64,000 nucleotides of DNA from Kudoa neothunni. Lineage: Eukaryota > Animalia > Cnidaria. Positions within the stretch are counted from its first letter, which is position 1. Each line of letters opens with the position of its first letter. Made by a program: the position numbers and the translations under genes. Shown piece by piece: positions 12,307 through 25,400 of the stretch. The notes under the pieces are model-generated. The model saw only the letters and a program-made list of their open reading frames with translations. It made no database searches and was not told the DNA's origin. The stretch lies in NCBI GenBank assembly GCA_964304625.1, contig OZ199840.1, positions 6,699,252 to 6,763,251 of the forward strand. The letters run 5' to 3'.

Positions 12307-13468
12307 CCCTCTAATGGTTTGGAGGTAAATTTCCCCCAAGGCGCTTTTAATAATGATATATCTTTTTATACAGTAAACCCATACAAAATAGATTCCAGAT
12401 ATTCTTTTAATATAATTTTGTCTTCGGTTTGATGATAAAAGTTTTTGCGAGAAATTATTGTATATATTTTAATTTTATCTTATAATGGTCTTTGGGGATA
12501 AAATTTTCCTTGTTTTTTTTTAATTAAAAATATTTCAAAAAATGTAAACAATTTAGAATTTAAATATTATGAAATTCCTATGAGTAGTTTTTGCAGAAAG
12601 TAAGGAAATGTTAGATAAATTAGTTAAATCACACGCACGAATTATGCGATAATATGTGATTCTAGTGATTTCATTGATGAATTTCGTTGTTGAGAGAATA
12701 AATATCATGTTGTTGACGAAAATTCCTTCTTTTTGATGTTCCTTGCTGAAAAAAAGTTTTAAAAAATTGACCTTAGAGACATTACGGGAAAATTCAAGAG
12801 ATACCACCATGCCTCCAATCATCACCAAGTAGAGCCCCTTGTGGCAGAATTTTTATTTTCCATGTAAAGTATATGTTGGTATCTTATGTTCCCAATAAAT
12901 TAAAATACGTGATTTCCTTAAAGAAATCACTGAACAATTATACAAAACATTGTTGACAATAAATTCCACAAACAAAACAATAAAAACAGGTTTCAGTATT
13001 GTTTATGCTTCCCAATAGGAATCTCTTCTTAATATAAAGCGAGAAACGTGAATACAGTGAGAAGAAAAATGATATATCTCCTAAATAGTGCGAAAATTGT
13101 TGAGTTTATTGTCCATTTCACGCATTTAAAAACTGCTTTGTGTCTCATCACTTTCAAGAATTCTTCTTATGTTTTGTTTTAATATTTCAACTGGCGCAAC
13201 AAGTTTAATTCCGCTGCAATACCGCAATTACATATTTAATGAAACATCAATGTGTACCGACATATGCCAGATTGTAAACGAAACCGATTATCACGCGGAT
13301 TACTTCAAAATTTAATATGTATTTGCCAGTGTTTCATCGACAGGAATTAAAAATTATTCCACAGTATTGGTTATTCAATTTTTTAAAGTGTTATAATTCA
13401 AAACAACGTGGGGTAAAATTTACCCCAAAGTCCGTTATACGTTCATCGTTTTTGGGATCATTAGAGGG
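12307..13468. mobile_element. Non-autonomous piggyBac-like element
   Basis: TTAA|CCCTCTAATG ... CATTAGAGGG|CTAA termini, with subterminal GG(A/G)GTAAA..T(T/A)CCCCAA palindromic repeats at both ends. Confidence 0.7.
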
Positions 13469-14249
13469 CTAATAAAAAATATTCCTGAAAATATTGATTA
13501 AGTTTTCTTTACAGAAGTTTCTGAAAAATGTTTTCTGGCGTGGGAGTCAATCATCCGCAACACTGCTAGCCTTATCAGCAAACTCGACGTGCTTCGAACT
13601 GCTAAATCGTCTAAAGCCATATAAACAGCCGTAAGCTGCATTAGAAATTTATTTGTTACCTATGGACGTATTATTACTTAAATTTATATTCGAAAATGAT
13701 GAAGGTTCATTTTTTGTTGGCAGAATACAAAATAACCAATAATGGGATATTTTATTTATTTTTGCGTTATTTCTTTCCTACACTTTTACATTATCATCAA
13801 AACCATTCCTAAAAGCTCCAACTGTATTACTATCTTTCCTCGATAGATAATTAAGAGTAGATACGCATAAAAACTTAAAAACTTGTTTGTTCTTTACTTC
13901 GCTATCTTTTGTCCAAATTTACAAACACCTGTATTTTAATGTTTTCGTCTTCATTCATATGTGATAATACGTAAACGTAGATTTAAATCCGGCCAATAAA
14001 TTATGAACCAAGCATTAGTATATGATACTAAAGTAAAAACAAAAAATTTATTTATAATCAGCTAAAATACAATCAAAAAACAATGTAATATATAGTTTAT
14101 TTTATGGCAAAGTTTAATTATTCATTTTTGTATACATGCTTATTGTTAAAAATTTCTAGAACTTCGGAATCACAAAACGTCGTCGATTGTATCGTCAGTA
14201 GGTCATACAAAAAATTACAGCCCAACCTAAGTTAGTAGGCGATTTAAAG

Positions 14250-16400
14250 GGAGGATCAATATATGCAAAGCAAATCCCGGTTTAATCTGTTTTTATATTA
14301 ATTGTGAGCTGATTCTTACACCCCTGATAGGGAAACACCATGTTAACATTTGAAGCAGTTAGATTTGTGGCTAGGACCTACTTGTGCATCCACAACAACT
14401 TGTTTTGGGTTAGTTTTCCATTGTATAACAAACCATTAATACATGCGTTTGCTTCAATAAACACTAATTATTTTGCGTGTCATAGTGTAAATTATTGTAT
14501 AGGATTGAAGGTTTTTCTCAGCTCAGCAAACATTAACACTACTCGCAAACTGGCTCTATAATTCTATTAGATATTTTATAACAATTAATCTTAATGTACT
14601 CTTCACAATCAATGGGAAAAATAAACTTTAGCATTAATTACATGAAGGCTGTTTCATTGCTGTTTTTACTCAAAAAATTTTTTGATTCCTCTAACTTGAT
14701 GCATGATGCTTAGCTATTGCTTTTGGTCTATTTATGCACCTGAAAGTCGCTCAAACGAACAAGCGTTACCATAATAGAATTAAAAAATGTGTGCACGCTG
14801 GTCTTAGCTTTTACACGGAGTTTTAATCTTGATTGTGGACTTATTCAATACAGTGTGAATTACTATTGTTTATTCATCCAAAAGAAAAATATTCGCACGC
14901 TTTAGACAACACACAATGGCATTAAGTGAACCAATCGAACTTCGACATGAATAACTCATAGATCGATACCTTTACGACACAATGTGAAACATTCCGAAAA
15001 GCGAATAATTATTTAACACTCGTATGTAAACGCTTACCCACATGAGCTGGCCTACGCAAAACATTACAGAATGAGATGATTAAAGTAGTATGACAATCTT
15101 TATCAAGTTTACATAGGCTTTTCATAGGGTTAAAAAGTAAATGAATCGAAATTATTATTAAACAATTGAGCCTATTAAATCTAAATCCGATGTTAATAAG
15201 GAGATTAGTGAGAAGTCGAATAAATACGAAATCCGCGGCTTAACTAATCCAAAGTCGTTTATTTACTGATAGTTGTTGAGAGAATGTCTTGGGCAGATTG
15301 GTTAGCTACAATTGGAACATACAGCAGCGTTGACGCCACTGAGAGTGCTATCTACACCGCTGAAGGTAATCAATCACACAAACCACTCTCATAAAAGTCA
15401 CACTTATGACAGTTTGTAATGTGTTGCTTTAAGGTGCTGAGTGTTGTGCCGGTGCTAACTTCAAAAATATCTCCTGATGAGTTCAAAGCTATCCATAAGG
15501 CCATTTCTGGTTCCGATGGTAGCTCCGGAAGAATGATCAATGGAAAGAAGTATTTGCCAGTTGGTCGTGTAGGTGATGGTCAAGGTAACTTCAAGATGGG
15601 AAAAGATACTTTTTTGCATCAATGTCGGCCCTAAATACGTCGTGTTCTTGAAAGTGAAACCAGATTGTGTATGCGAAACTGTTGTCACCCATTTGCAATG
15701 CTCTTAGCAAGAGTCTTCACCAATAAGATTGATCGTATTCGTAGGCATGATATTAATCGGCCTGTTTTACGTTTTATTTTCCAACTTACTCTTAGATTTC
15801 GAACTTATGGTGTTGTTATGATTCATCTTGGCGTTCCTTTCGCTTCTGTGTTCCTGCTTTTGGCAATTGCCCTTAATGCGCATATAATCGTTACCCCAGT
15901 TCAGGTTTGAAACAGTTTCCTTTGCCCACCATGGTGGTCTATAGAAATTTTGGTGTGTCATCATTGTTGGGGTTTATTTTCAGAATAAAAGGCTGATGGA
16001 GTCAGCATTTAGGCAGTGGAACCAGTTTAAGTGATTTGCATTAAGAATGTCTATATTATGACCAGCGAGCCATCCTCAGTCTCTAGAATGTTAGAATAGG
16101 ACTCTTGAAAGGTCTTGACTGAACTTATTTATTTTATAAATGAGTAGGGAACTGTGTAGTTCCAAGGAAGAGATATTGGGTTGATTTACTCTTAATTTTT
16201 TCCAATCTATTGATACAAAATATAAAAATAAAGTATTTAAATAGTATTTGATTCGAAAAATAGAAAATATAAAAAGTGTGAAGTTACATCTCTAATTAAT
16301 CTTTCAAAGTACTATCCAACTACGTCCACAAGTTGGGCATTCAGAAAGACAAGAGATAATAATTCCGAATTTCGAAGCTGTGAATAAAAATACGTTAAAA
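14250..16400 (-). pseudogene. Kolobok-like transposase relic, interrupted by an LTR retroelement fragment
   Basis: Minus-strand fragments in the expected order: SECPTCG (~16340), AHVGKRL (~15040), YDTQNN..NACINGLL..WKTNPK..CG (~14380-14480). These match the C..C / H.(Q/G)KR / TQN.NE..N..W...PK pattern. Many frameshifts. Confidence 0.45.
15191..16180 (-). mobile_element. Ty3/gypsy-like LTR retrotransposon remnant: integrase tail plus 166-bp 3' LTR (15191-15356)
   Basis: The minus-strand LTR runs TGTAGATAG...TTATTAACA and contains AATAAA. Upstream degraded peptides (VKTF.., TFLM.., SLLF, LLVK..KW) resemble the gypsy integrase C-terminus. Confidence 0.5.
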
Positions 16401-17077
16401 TTTTTTCTTTACGTTTTTTTCATTTATTTATCAATGAAGAATTTTGGGACAAAATTTACTCAGAGGATTAAACTTCTTCACTCATATGCGTGACGTTTAA
16501 ATTAATTCCACGTTTATGAAACAAAGACTTGTTTTATTTTGAAAATTAAAGTGAGATTTTTTATTTATTACTCAATAAATTGTTTATCCCTCGTAATTTT
16601 TTGATCATATTACTTCAGCCAATTTTTTTTAATCAATCATGGGTATCTGAATTGTTTTTTCATAAGTCGCTTATAACAAACTTATGCAATTGTTTTCAAG
16701 AAACCATAATTTATGATAATAATAAACAGTGTCGAAACCTTTTCTGTATACGATTAAGATAGCGGCGTCACTCTGAAAGGGGTTGACTTAAGTGGTATTA
16801 GTTATCTAGGTAAAACCGCAGAACAATGGCCACATTTACCGATTACAGATTTCAATTAGCCCTAATATTAATCTAACATTTATGAATTTGAATAATGTGG
16901 TATTTATCGAACAATTTATTGTAGTGATGTCGCCTGTTGTATTTCACTCATAAATTATTTTTGGTAACGTTTAACGTTTTCTGCGATTAAGGATTTAGTA
17001 GTTCTCCAAAATATGTAATACTTGTTTTGAATTCTTATAGTCAATATTAGATAATCTCTAACGAGAAATTATGATAA

Positions 17078-17404
17078 GGCAGAGACCATTGGCACGACAA
17101 ATAATATTCAGGTGACGCTAGTTTTGGCTATACTTAATTATTTCTGGCCCACCACTCCGCTCTTATGAACCAGGAATAATTAAATATGGTAGATTCCAAC
17201 AATTAAATCTACAACCAGCTTGTAAGTTGGAGTTGCTGAAATAATAAATTCTCATTGCGCAGGCTGTTTACTGATCTAATATTTCAGAATCTGTTATGTT
17301 TAATTATTTCGGACCTCTAATCGCGATGCGGTGGGTCAGAAATAACTAAACATAGTCAAAACTGATGCCCTTGAATATTATTTACTGTGCCAATAGCCAC
17401 TACT
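17078..17404. mobile_element. MITE with ~80-bp imperfect TIRs, probably MULE-derived
   Basis: 17078-17160 is the inverse complement of ~17325-17404. The terminus (GTGGCTATTGGCAC) resembles the GACAGTGGCTATTGA TIR of the MULE at 53709. TSD not recognisable. Confidence 0.55.
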
Positions 17405-17593
17405 TTTAAAATGCGCGATTATACACTAAGAATAGATAAAAAATTGAATATGTAGTTTAATCATGAATAAAATAAATCATAAATTATTCTATTAGAAATT
17501 GTACAAATTTTTTTGATTTTCATGCCGCTTCCTATTTCATGGTTATTTATTGGCATCCAGAATTGTACAGTACCCCAAGATCAATTTGAAACC

Positions 17594-18757
17594 AGCACAT
17601 GCGATTAGGTGAGATGTCAGATCCTTCTTCAACTGAATCAGATCCAAATGTAATATTTCAAAATAACAATGGGTCCAAAAGAGTATATGCTAATCTTGAC
17701 AATTCTAAGAAGTCTGTCATTATAGAATTTTTTTGATGTAAGTTGTTGTAATTGCAAAAATAATTTAACTTAATTTTCAAGGACAGAATGACAAGAAAGC
17801 AAATCGCTAAAGCTGTTAAATGTCATCCTACCACTGTGGCTCGTATTATAAAAGAATTTGACGAAACGCAAAATTCAAATAAGAGGAAGACGGGTGGAGA
17901 TCGGCGTTCTATCTTGAATGATGAGCACATACGATTCATAATTAATTGTGTCTACAACGATTGTACAATTACATTGAAATCGCTGGTAGACGTTGTTAAA
18001 GGGAGATTTCAAATAAACACTTCGATTCAGACAATTGGTAATGTTTTGAAAAGTTTTCATTACTCGCTGAAGAAGATTTCACTCGTACCTGTAGCGAGGA
18101 ATTCTCATGAAGATACATCTAAAAGAAAAAGGTTTTTAATTTCTGTATATATATGTTTAAAGATTCTTGTTATGTGATCGAATATCTGAATTTAAAACCA
18201 CAACAACCTCACATAATATTTATAGATGAATCCGGATTTTCACTTTCCGTGCGGCGATCTTTTGGAAGATCGCCATTAGGCGCTAGGGCAAATAAAATTG
18301 TTCAGTCTATAAGGTCGAAGAATATAACAATTATCGCTGCTATCGGTTGTAATAAAGTGTGGACTTTAAAGTTCATGAAGGCTTGGTGAATCAACATATT
18401 TTCTCAGAATATATCGACCAACTTTTCAAAGATTTGGATGATTGTGGAGTTCTAGATACTTTGATAATCATAGATAATGTAAAATTCCATAGGACGGATG
18501 TTGTTGTTAACGAAATCAACAACAGCAGGCATAAAGTGTTGTTTCTATCGCCGTATTCTCCGTTCTTAAATCCTAGTGAGGAATTGTTCAATCAAATAAA
18601 ATGTCTTATTAGAAACAAAGCTCCACAGAATAAAGACGAACTATATGTCATCATGGACACACCTAATCAAATATCGCCAGAACAATGCTCTAACTATTTT
18701 AACCATTCTGAAACGTATTTTACTAGATGTCTAAATTCTGAGGTTATTGAAAATTAA
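17594..18757 (+). pseudogene. Tc1/IS630-like DD34E transposase, frameshifted, with a probable intron at 17738-17781
   Basis: HTH RKQIAKAVKCHPTTVARII, GGDRRSIL, FIDESGF, and IIDNVKFH-x-LSPYSPFLNPSE with 34 residues between D and E. Confidence 0.85.
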
Positions 18758-19098
18758 TAGTTTAGAACATTTTTGTTGTAGTTGCAAGTTGATCTTGAAA
18801 TACTGTATGTGAAATTCGCTTCATCACATATGAGAGTATACGAGTATCATAAGCTTTGTAAGGGCAAACATTTTGCTTTGAGTTCGAAAGCGCTGGCTTA
18901 AATGAAGCGAAAACATGCGTAACTCCTTGTTTAACCAGGGCTTGGGTTTTCCTCAAGATCTTGGATTTTTTTATGGATACCTTGGGTTTTTGGAGATTTT
19001 TTCATTTTTGATAAAATCTTGGGTTTTTATTCAAAACATGTAAACATTGAATAATAACACAATTTTATTATCTGCGGCATTAATATTTGTATTTTTAA

Positions 19099-19910
19099 CC
19101 TTCCGAGTGTCGCTGGGGTCAATATGACCCCAGATAGCATTCAGTAGTATTTTAAACCAACTTAGAAGTCAAATTTATACTTAAACTTTGGCTATTTTCC
19201 TAAAAATTCTTGCTATTCCTAAATTAAAGGTACTGAATGTTATTTGGGAATAAACAAGCTTTGCACAAAAATTATTTACACTCTCCCTCTTTTGGAGTCA
19301 ATATGACTCCAGTCATTTTTCTCAAAAAAGCTATTTTATAAATTTCTAAACTATAGATTAAATATTTTTAAACAATTTTTTTAACTGAAAATGAAATTTT
19401 GTTAAATGAACACAGAGAAAAACTAAAAACTAAATTTCCTATGTTGGTTGATAATTTGCCGACGAGGTAAATTTTTAACAATGAGCGATTTTGGCCGCGA
19501 TATATTGTCAAATGATGATACTGAAGTCAGCGAAATTTTTGACGAAATTCAAGAATTTAATTTTACATCTGGATCCGATTTTATGACGACGAAATTGCTG
19601 AAAATTCCTATGTTGATAAAAATGTAGATAAATGGTCTATTGAAAAGCCTAGAATAGCGGAAACCAGTAGTTATACTCCATTATAATCAATACAAGGGTG
19701 GTGTAGATACAGTTGGCAGGATTATATCTACAAAAAACTTACCTGCTCGTAATGTCCCAAATAAAGCAATTATGGCACTGGTTAATGACAAGGAAGTTTT
19801 TAATCCAAACTGGCAACTATGCTTGCCCAGTGCGTATTCTTAATCCCAACTATTGATATTTATAGTTGATCTATAAGGTCTATTTTTTAAAGTCTGCTGT
19901 AAAAACTGTA
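19099..19910 (+). mobile_element. piggyBac-like relic (left end and transposase fragment)
   Basis: TTAA|CCTTCCGAGTG with palindromic CTGGGGTCAATATGACCCCAG, and YNQYKGGVDTV at ~19682-19714. The right boundary was not found. Confidence 0.55.
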
Positions 19911-19919
19911 CCTAACCGG

Positions 19920-21049
19920 GGCTAAAGTGCAGAACAGGTTGGTGGATTAGTCGGGATTATAAATTAATCCGGGCATAATCTCACCAATGCAGCGAAGAAA
20001 ACAAATATTTAAAAACTAACTAAAGGTATATATTTCGCTGATTGTTTTTAGAGTTCGTGATAGTAATTTCCCTCTAAATTTAAAATGGAACATAAATTCC
20101 GCAATATAATATGCTAGCATTCCTTTTTTTTGTTTGTAACCTTTCGATACAATCTTTTAAAAGCGGACCAAGTTCCCTTTATTCGATTTGTATGATAGCC
20201 GTCCCTATTCACAAACTCTCTCTCTCGTGAATCACCTTTTGACGAGCATACATATTATTGTTAGAAACATTATTATATCCCAACCATCTGTGACAATATT
20301 CGAACCTGGCATTACATTGCGAGATATAATATCATCCAATATTATTGCGGTTCGGAATTTCATTTGCTCTATAAATACGTTTCCGTTACTGTCGATGTCA
20401 CCTACTATCCATGTTTGTTGATTTCTCAACAAACGCCCAACATTCGCTTTCCTTTTACATACCAGACTTTCGTCCATTTGGACATTAACGCCTGGATCAC
20501 CTACCATCATTTAATTTTTCAAAAAATAATAAACATAGATGTCTCGAATAAAATTTTTCCAGTCGCAAGTAGTGTGATTGGAACCTAATCATGCTTCTCG
20601 GCAGAGCGCTTCTTGGGAATCGTTTTCATAGACAACACAATAAATTATTATGAATATTTGGTCTAAATCCAGTTTGGCTTTCTCAAAAAAAGTCCCAGAG
20701 CATGGCGAGGATTCCTTTCTGCATTTTTGGCAATAGAAACAATAATTATCCCTGTATTTTTTTCTTCGTATAAAGTTCATTGGACTCCCATGGGAATGCA
20801 CTTTTGAAGACGACAGTAATTTGAGACGTTGCATCATCTTTACGAACCCTAGTTTGTTCCGATGAAAATTTGGAATATCTCTCTCATTTATTTCATCTAT
20901 ATTATCAATATCAAAACGTTCCAAATCCAACTCATTGACGTTCATTCTGAAGGTTGGCAGAAATCCCGCAACTAACGGATTATTATTAATGCGGCAAATC
21001 TCATAAGGCGATTAAGGGCTAATCCATCGACCTGTTCTGCACTTTAACC
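19920..21049 (-). mobile_element. Merlin (ISXO2/IS1595-like) DNA transposon, decayed
   Basis: TIRs GGCTAAAGTGCAGAACAGGT.G.TGGATTAG and a 9-bp TSD CCTAAC(C/T)GG. ORFs carry FYCQKCRKE..GTFFEKAKL, VQMDESL..KRKANVGR, WIVG and GSNIVTDGW. Confidence 0.9.
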
Positions 21050-21322
21050 CCTAACTGGATATTATGATCCCTGTCAATAGCCACTTCCATCAATTATTTG
21101 ATTTCAAAAAAATATATTAAACTCTTCATTTTTCTTTATAGATGATCGAGTTTTTTAACTCTTAGAAATATATCTTATTCTAATGTTATCAAATATTTGA
21201 AACTTCATAAACAGGAATGGTCGTACGTAAGCCCCTTGGGGACGAGGAAATTGTACGAACTACCGATTCTGGCCGGATAGTACGTACTTTATGCGCATGA
21301 GTACAAATATTAAACACAAATC

Positions 21323-22358
21323 AGCTAAAGTACGGTATAGCGACATCCGTCGCTATATTTCTTGAATGTCCGGCGTGAAGTTCGTAACACAGAAAAACTC
21401 ATGTGCCAATGTAAATAAATTTAGTTGATAACAGATATATATTTTGAAAGTCTATCATTTTAAATGTTTTTTAAATTGATATTCGGCCAAGTAGGAACCC
21501 CTTAATTCCGATTCTTTGTTAGTAATATAACGGAACTTGCGCTTGGTGGCACCCCAAATGGCCCCAATTCTGTTCGTACGGACTCCATCCGACGTTTTAA
21601 ATCTAATACTATGGTTAACCTTATCATGATGATAGCCCAATATGCTTAGATTATTGTGGCCATCCCACAGATCGGTCCAGATGGTGGACCCCACTAGGAC
21701 ATATTGAGAGATAATCGTCTCCAATGTAGCTTGATTTATTACCTCAGTTAAGACTTGAAATATGTTTCCATCTTCATCGATTCCTCCAACTACCCACACA
21801 TTTTGATTCACAAGCACCCTACCGCGATGGCATTTGCACTTACATACTTGGGATTCATCGATTTGCACAATAATACTTGAACCACCATTTGAAGGACTTT
21901 CGATGTTAAGATATTCCATGTAGATTTCACGTATATAATTCTTCCAGTTGCAAATTGTTTCTCTTGAGTAGATCTTCAATTGCCTCATAATTGTATCGTA
22001 ATTCATGTATATACCGTTAACGTCTGCAAAAATTAGATAAAAAATTTGCCATAACATAAGTTTTTCCCCTTCAAAAAACGTCCCTTTTCTGAGTGATGTT
22101 TTTCTATTACATTTATAACAGCGGAATATAAATGAGTCAATATTGCTTTCTGATCTGAATGGCAAGATTCACACGAGCGAATTTTTGACAGTAAACCAAA
22201 TATCTGCAATAAGAATACTAATTTGGGTTGATCCTTTTTTAGATCGAATACGTCTTCTATAAGGTTATCATCAATTTCGACCGCAGAATAATCCATTCTT
22301 TAGCGGGACGAATATTAGCGAAATGTAACGAGTTTCGTCGCTACGCCGTACTTTAGCC
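21323..22358 (-). mobile_element. Merlin (ISXO2/IS1595-like) DNA transposon, frameshifted
   Basis: ~39-bp TIRs (A/G)GCTAAAGTACGG..TAGCGAC. ORF 21455..22165 carries VQIDESQ, WVVGGID, IWTDLW, VNHS and RTNRIGAIWG. TSD unclear. Confidence 0.88.
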
Positions 22359-22460
22359 AAATTTTTATAAATTTGTGATATTTAGAAAAGTCGTTTAATT
22401 GTTTCCGGACGACTAAAGTTTCCATAAATTATTTATGAAATAGTGATTTTGTCGATTTGA

Positions 22461-25400
22461 CCCTTTCGTACCCAAATTTTTTATTTCATTCCACGATTTT
22501 TCTAGATATGTTATAGGCACTAAAAGTCCTATGTTTAATGATTTTATTGAGATATAAATTAATCAAAAGTATAATTTCAGCTTTTTTTAACGTGGGTACT
22601 GAGGTGGACATTTGGCATCGGTGCTAAAACAACGATTTCGCGTATTGAATTGCGCACAAAAACAAACAAAATAAATTTGAAGATTTTTTAAATATTTGAA
22701 CTATGATAATTTAAAAAAACAGTTTCAATCTTTCACAATACAACAAAAAGAATAACATTTAGTGCATTGAAATTGAGTTTTTCGTTGGCATGTTCTACAT
22801 CTGGATTTAATTGACATTATTTCAGGATAATGCCCTACGTTATCCATTCGAATATGATTAGTGAGAGGATGTGTTCTTATTCTCTCAGTTCTTTCATATT
22901 TATCATCAATTTTTTCGAAAGAATTATTAAGAGACGGTCTACCACGTTTTTTGGGAGCAATTGCTACAATGACTTATGGGTCGTGCGTAATCAAAAGGGA
23001 ATTCAAAGTCATTACGCACCACACAACTTTGTGCGTGCGAAAATAAATAAAAATTAAAAATAATACGTAATATTTTCGTTGACAAGCGTACTCAACTACT
23101 GTTAATTTTAAAGTAATTTGTAATGCAGCTGTTCCTAAAATTAGATCGTCGAATTTTGTTATTTGCTTTAACATTTGTGGGCTTTTGGTTTTAAAATATC
23201 TCCTTATACAGGCCAAATATTTAAACATATCCTTATCAGAAACGGGAACAGCTTCAATAGAATCATTATCAGACTCTTCTTCTATCCTATCATGATGTGA
23301 AAGAATATTAATATTATCGTTATCCACTTCATCAGCAGCACAAACTTCTGGATTTCTAGTGATTATATTGACTTCTTCCATCATTTCTTTTAATTCGATG
23401 GGTGGATTTTCATTTGCTGTGAGAGTTTCTAATTCTTCTTGGCATGGGGAAAAATGACTTCCTAAAACAATTTACAATTGTTTCGGTTTTTACGTGATCC
23501 CATGAATTCTTCAACAGAAACATCGCTTCCAAAATGTTGGGTAATTCGCATTTGGTCGATCCAGCTTCCACGCTCTGTATAAGAGACTCCATTAAATGTT
23601 TCTTATAAATTACTTTAACATTGTTGATTATCCCTTGGTCAAGAGGTTGAAAAACGCTAGTAGCATTAGGTGGGAAGAAACATAAAGTAATATGGAAAAG
23701 GTTCAAATTAGGGTGTGAGGGGCAGTTGTCAAGAAAAAGCAAAATTTTCCTTGTTGACATAATTAATTTCTTGTTCCACCTAATGAGGAATTGGGGAAAT
23801 ATTTTCTCTGTCATTCAAGCGTTAGTGTTTGCTTCATAATCCAATGGCAGCTTTTTAATTGATCCAAAACGACGGGGCTTTGAAAACTTACCTATTATTA
23901 ATGGGTCTAATTTTTATCTAAGCATATAGCAGATAAATAAAGCAGTTATTCTTATTTTTGATTGTTTGCACCCATTTTTATTTACCTCGTTAGTGAATAG
24001 ATATCCCCTACCTACGCAAGATATATAACACAAAAATATTAATAACTTTTTCGTTGCTGATAATACAAGCCTGTTTCGTCTGTATTAAAAATATCCTTAG
24101 GCTCCCAGCTCTTAAGGATTTCGCTCAAATTGGTTTTCCATTCCTCGATGACAATATTGTTTACACTTTTAGATTCACCGAAAAATGTATTACGAGAGAT
24201 ATTAAATCTTTTTATAAAGCCATAAAACCAGTCAGTATACAAAGGTGTTTCCTTTGAGGCATCATCGAGGAATTCATTGGTTTCGTCGTGACTCAAGTCA
24301 CGATTAAATAAACGTTTATCAGTAAACAAAATTATTTACATATTTAACAATCGGCATTTGCCGATTGACGCCGATAAAAATTTAAACCGTTGGTTTTTTT
24401 GCGCATTAAAAAAAAGAACTAAAAAATCGCTACAGGTTTTATTGATGATAACTTCTTGAGAAAGTTCTATATTTTTCACTCAATGATCGATATCTATATG
24501 TTCTCCTTTCTTAAGAGTTTTTCTTAATTTGGAAAAAGAACCGTCGTTATAGTGCTTAAGCAACTTGTCTTTATTGTTTAGGATAGAATTCAAGGTTGAT
24601 CTTGCTTTTACGTCGAAGGCCTTCATTGTTTCCAATTTGGCGTTTGGTTTATTCGATATCTTTTCGTAGTGTTTGATAATTTCTACTTTTTCGAAAGAGT
24701 TAGGAATTTCTTTTTGTTAGCTACCGACGCACGAGCCATAATCTTCCTCGCTTTTCAAAAAAATCGTTACGCACGAGCCATAATTGCGCACGACACGTTA
24801 AATGCATAAAAACTGTAGATATTTTAAGTTTTCTAAAGTCCAATTTATACAATATGTTACTTTTTTAATAAAGTTTAGATAGTAAAAATTAAATTATCAA
24901 CAGGTTATTAATTTATGTTTTATTGCGATATTACGTACGACCCATAAGTCGCTGTATTTGGTAATAACGAAGACTTTCACTTATTTTTAATGAAAAATTC
25001 GTTAATTCCAGTATATATCTCTTAGGAATTTTTCGAATCGTACAATTTCGCTTATATAATAACCACGCATTTATAATACATGTATTGAGGGCACAGAAGA
25101 AAATTCGCATGTAATATTTCTTACATTATGTTTCATTACATAGAGCGACATCAACACATCTGAAAGGTCCACTCTTCCCATATTTTGGTTATATTCAGCT
25201 ACAATTTCAGGGCACGGAATGCCAATCATGATTTTTTTGGAACGGTCAAATCTTTTCGCCATTTTAATCGGTTGGATTGAAGAATGGGTTGATGAGAGAG
25301 TTACAACAGCTCTGTCAAACCAACGCGTTATGAAAATATTATTATTAGAGTCGTGCAGACTCTCAAATGCTCCTCGTCCCTGAGTCTTTAAATCAGTTTC

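Noticed and set aside
13530-13690. Further solo LTR (has CATATAAACAGC like 8821-8993)
   Set aside because: No matching TG..CA ends or TSD could be found.
19920-22358. Bacterial IS1595/IS630 elements implying contamination or a prokaryotic contig
   Set aside because: They are interleaved with intron-containing eukaryotic genes and eukaryote-specific TEs; Merlin and Tc1 are the eukaryotic counterparts.
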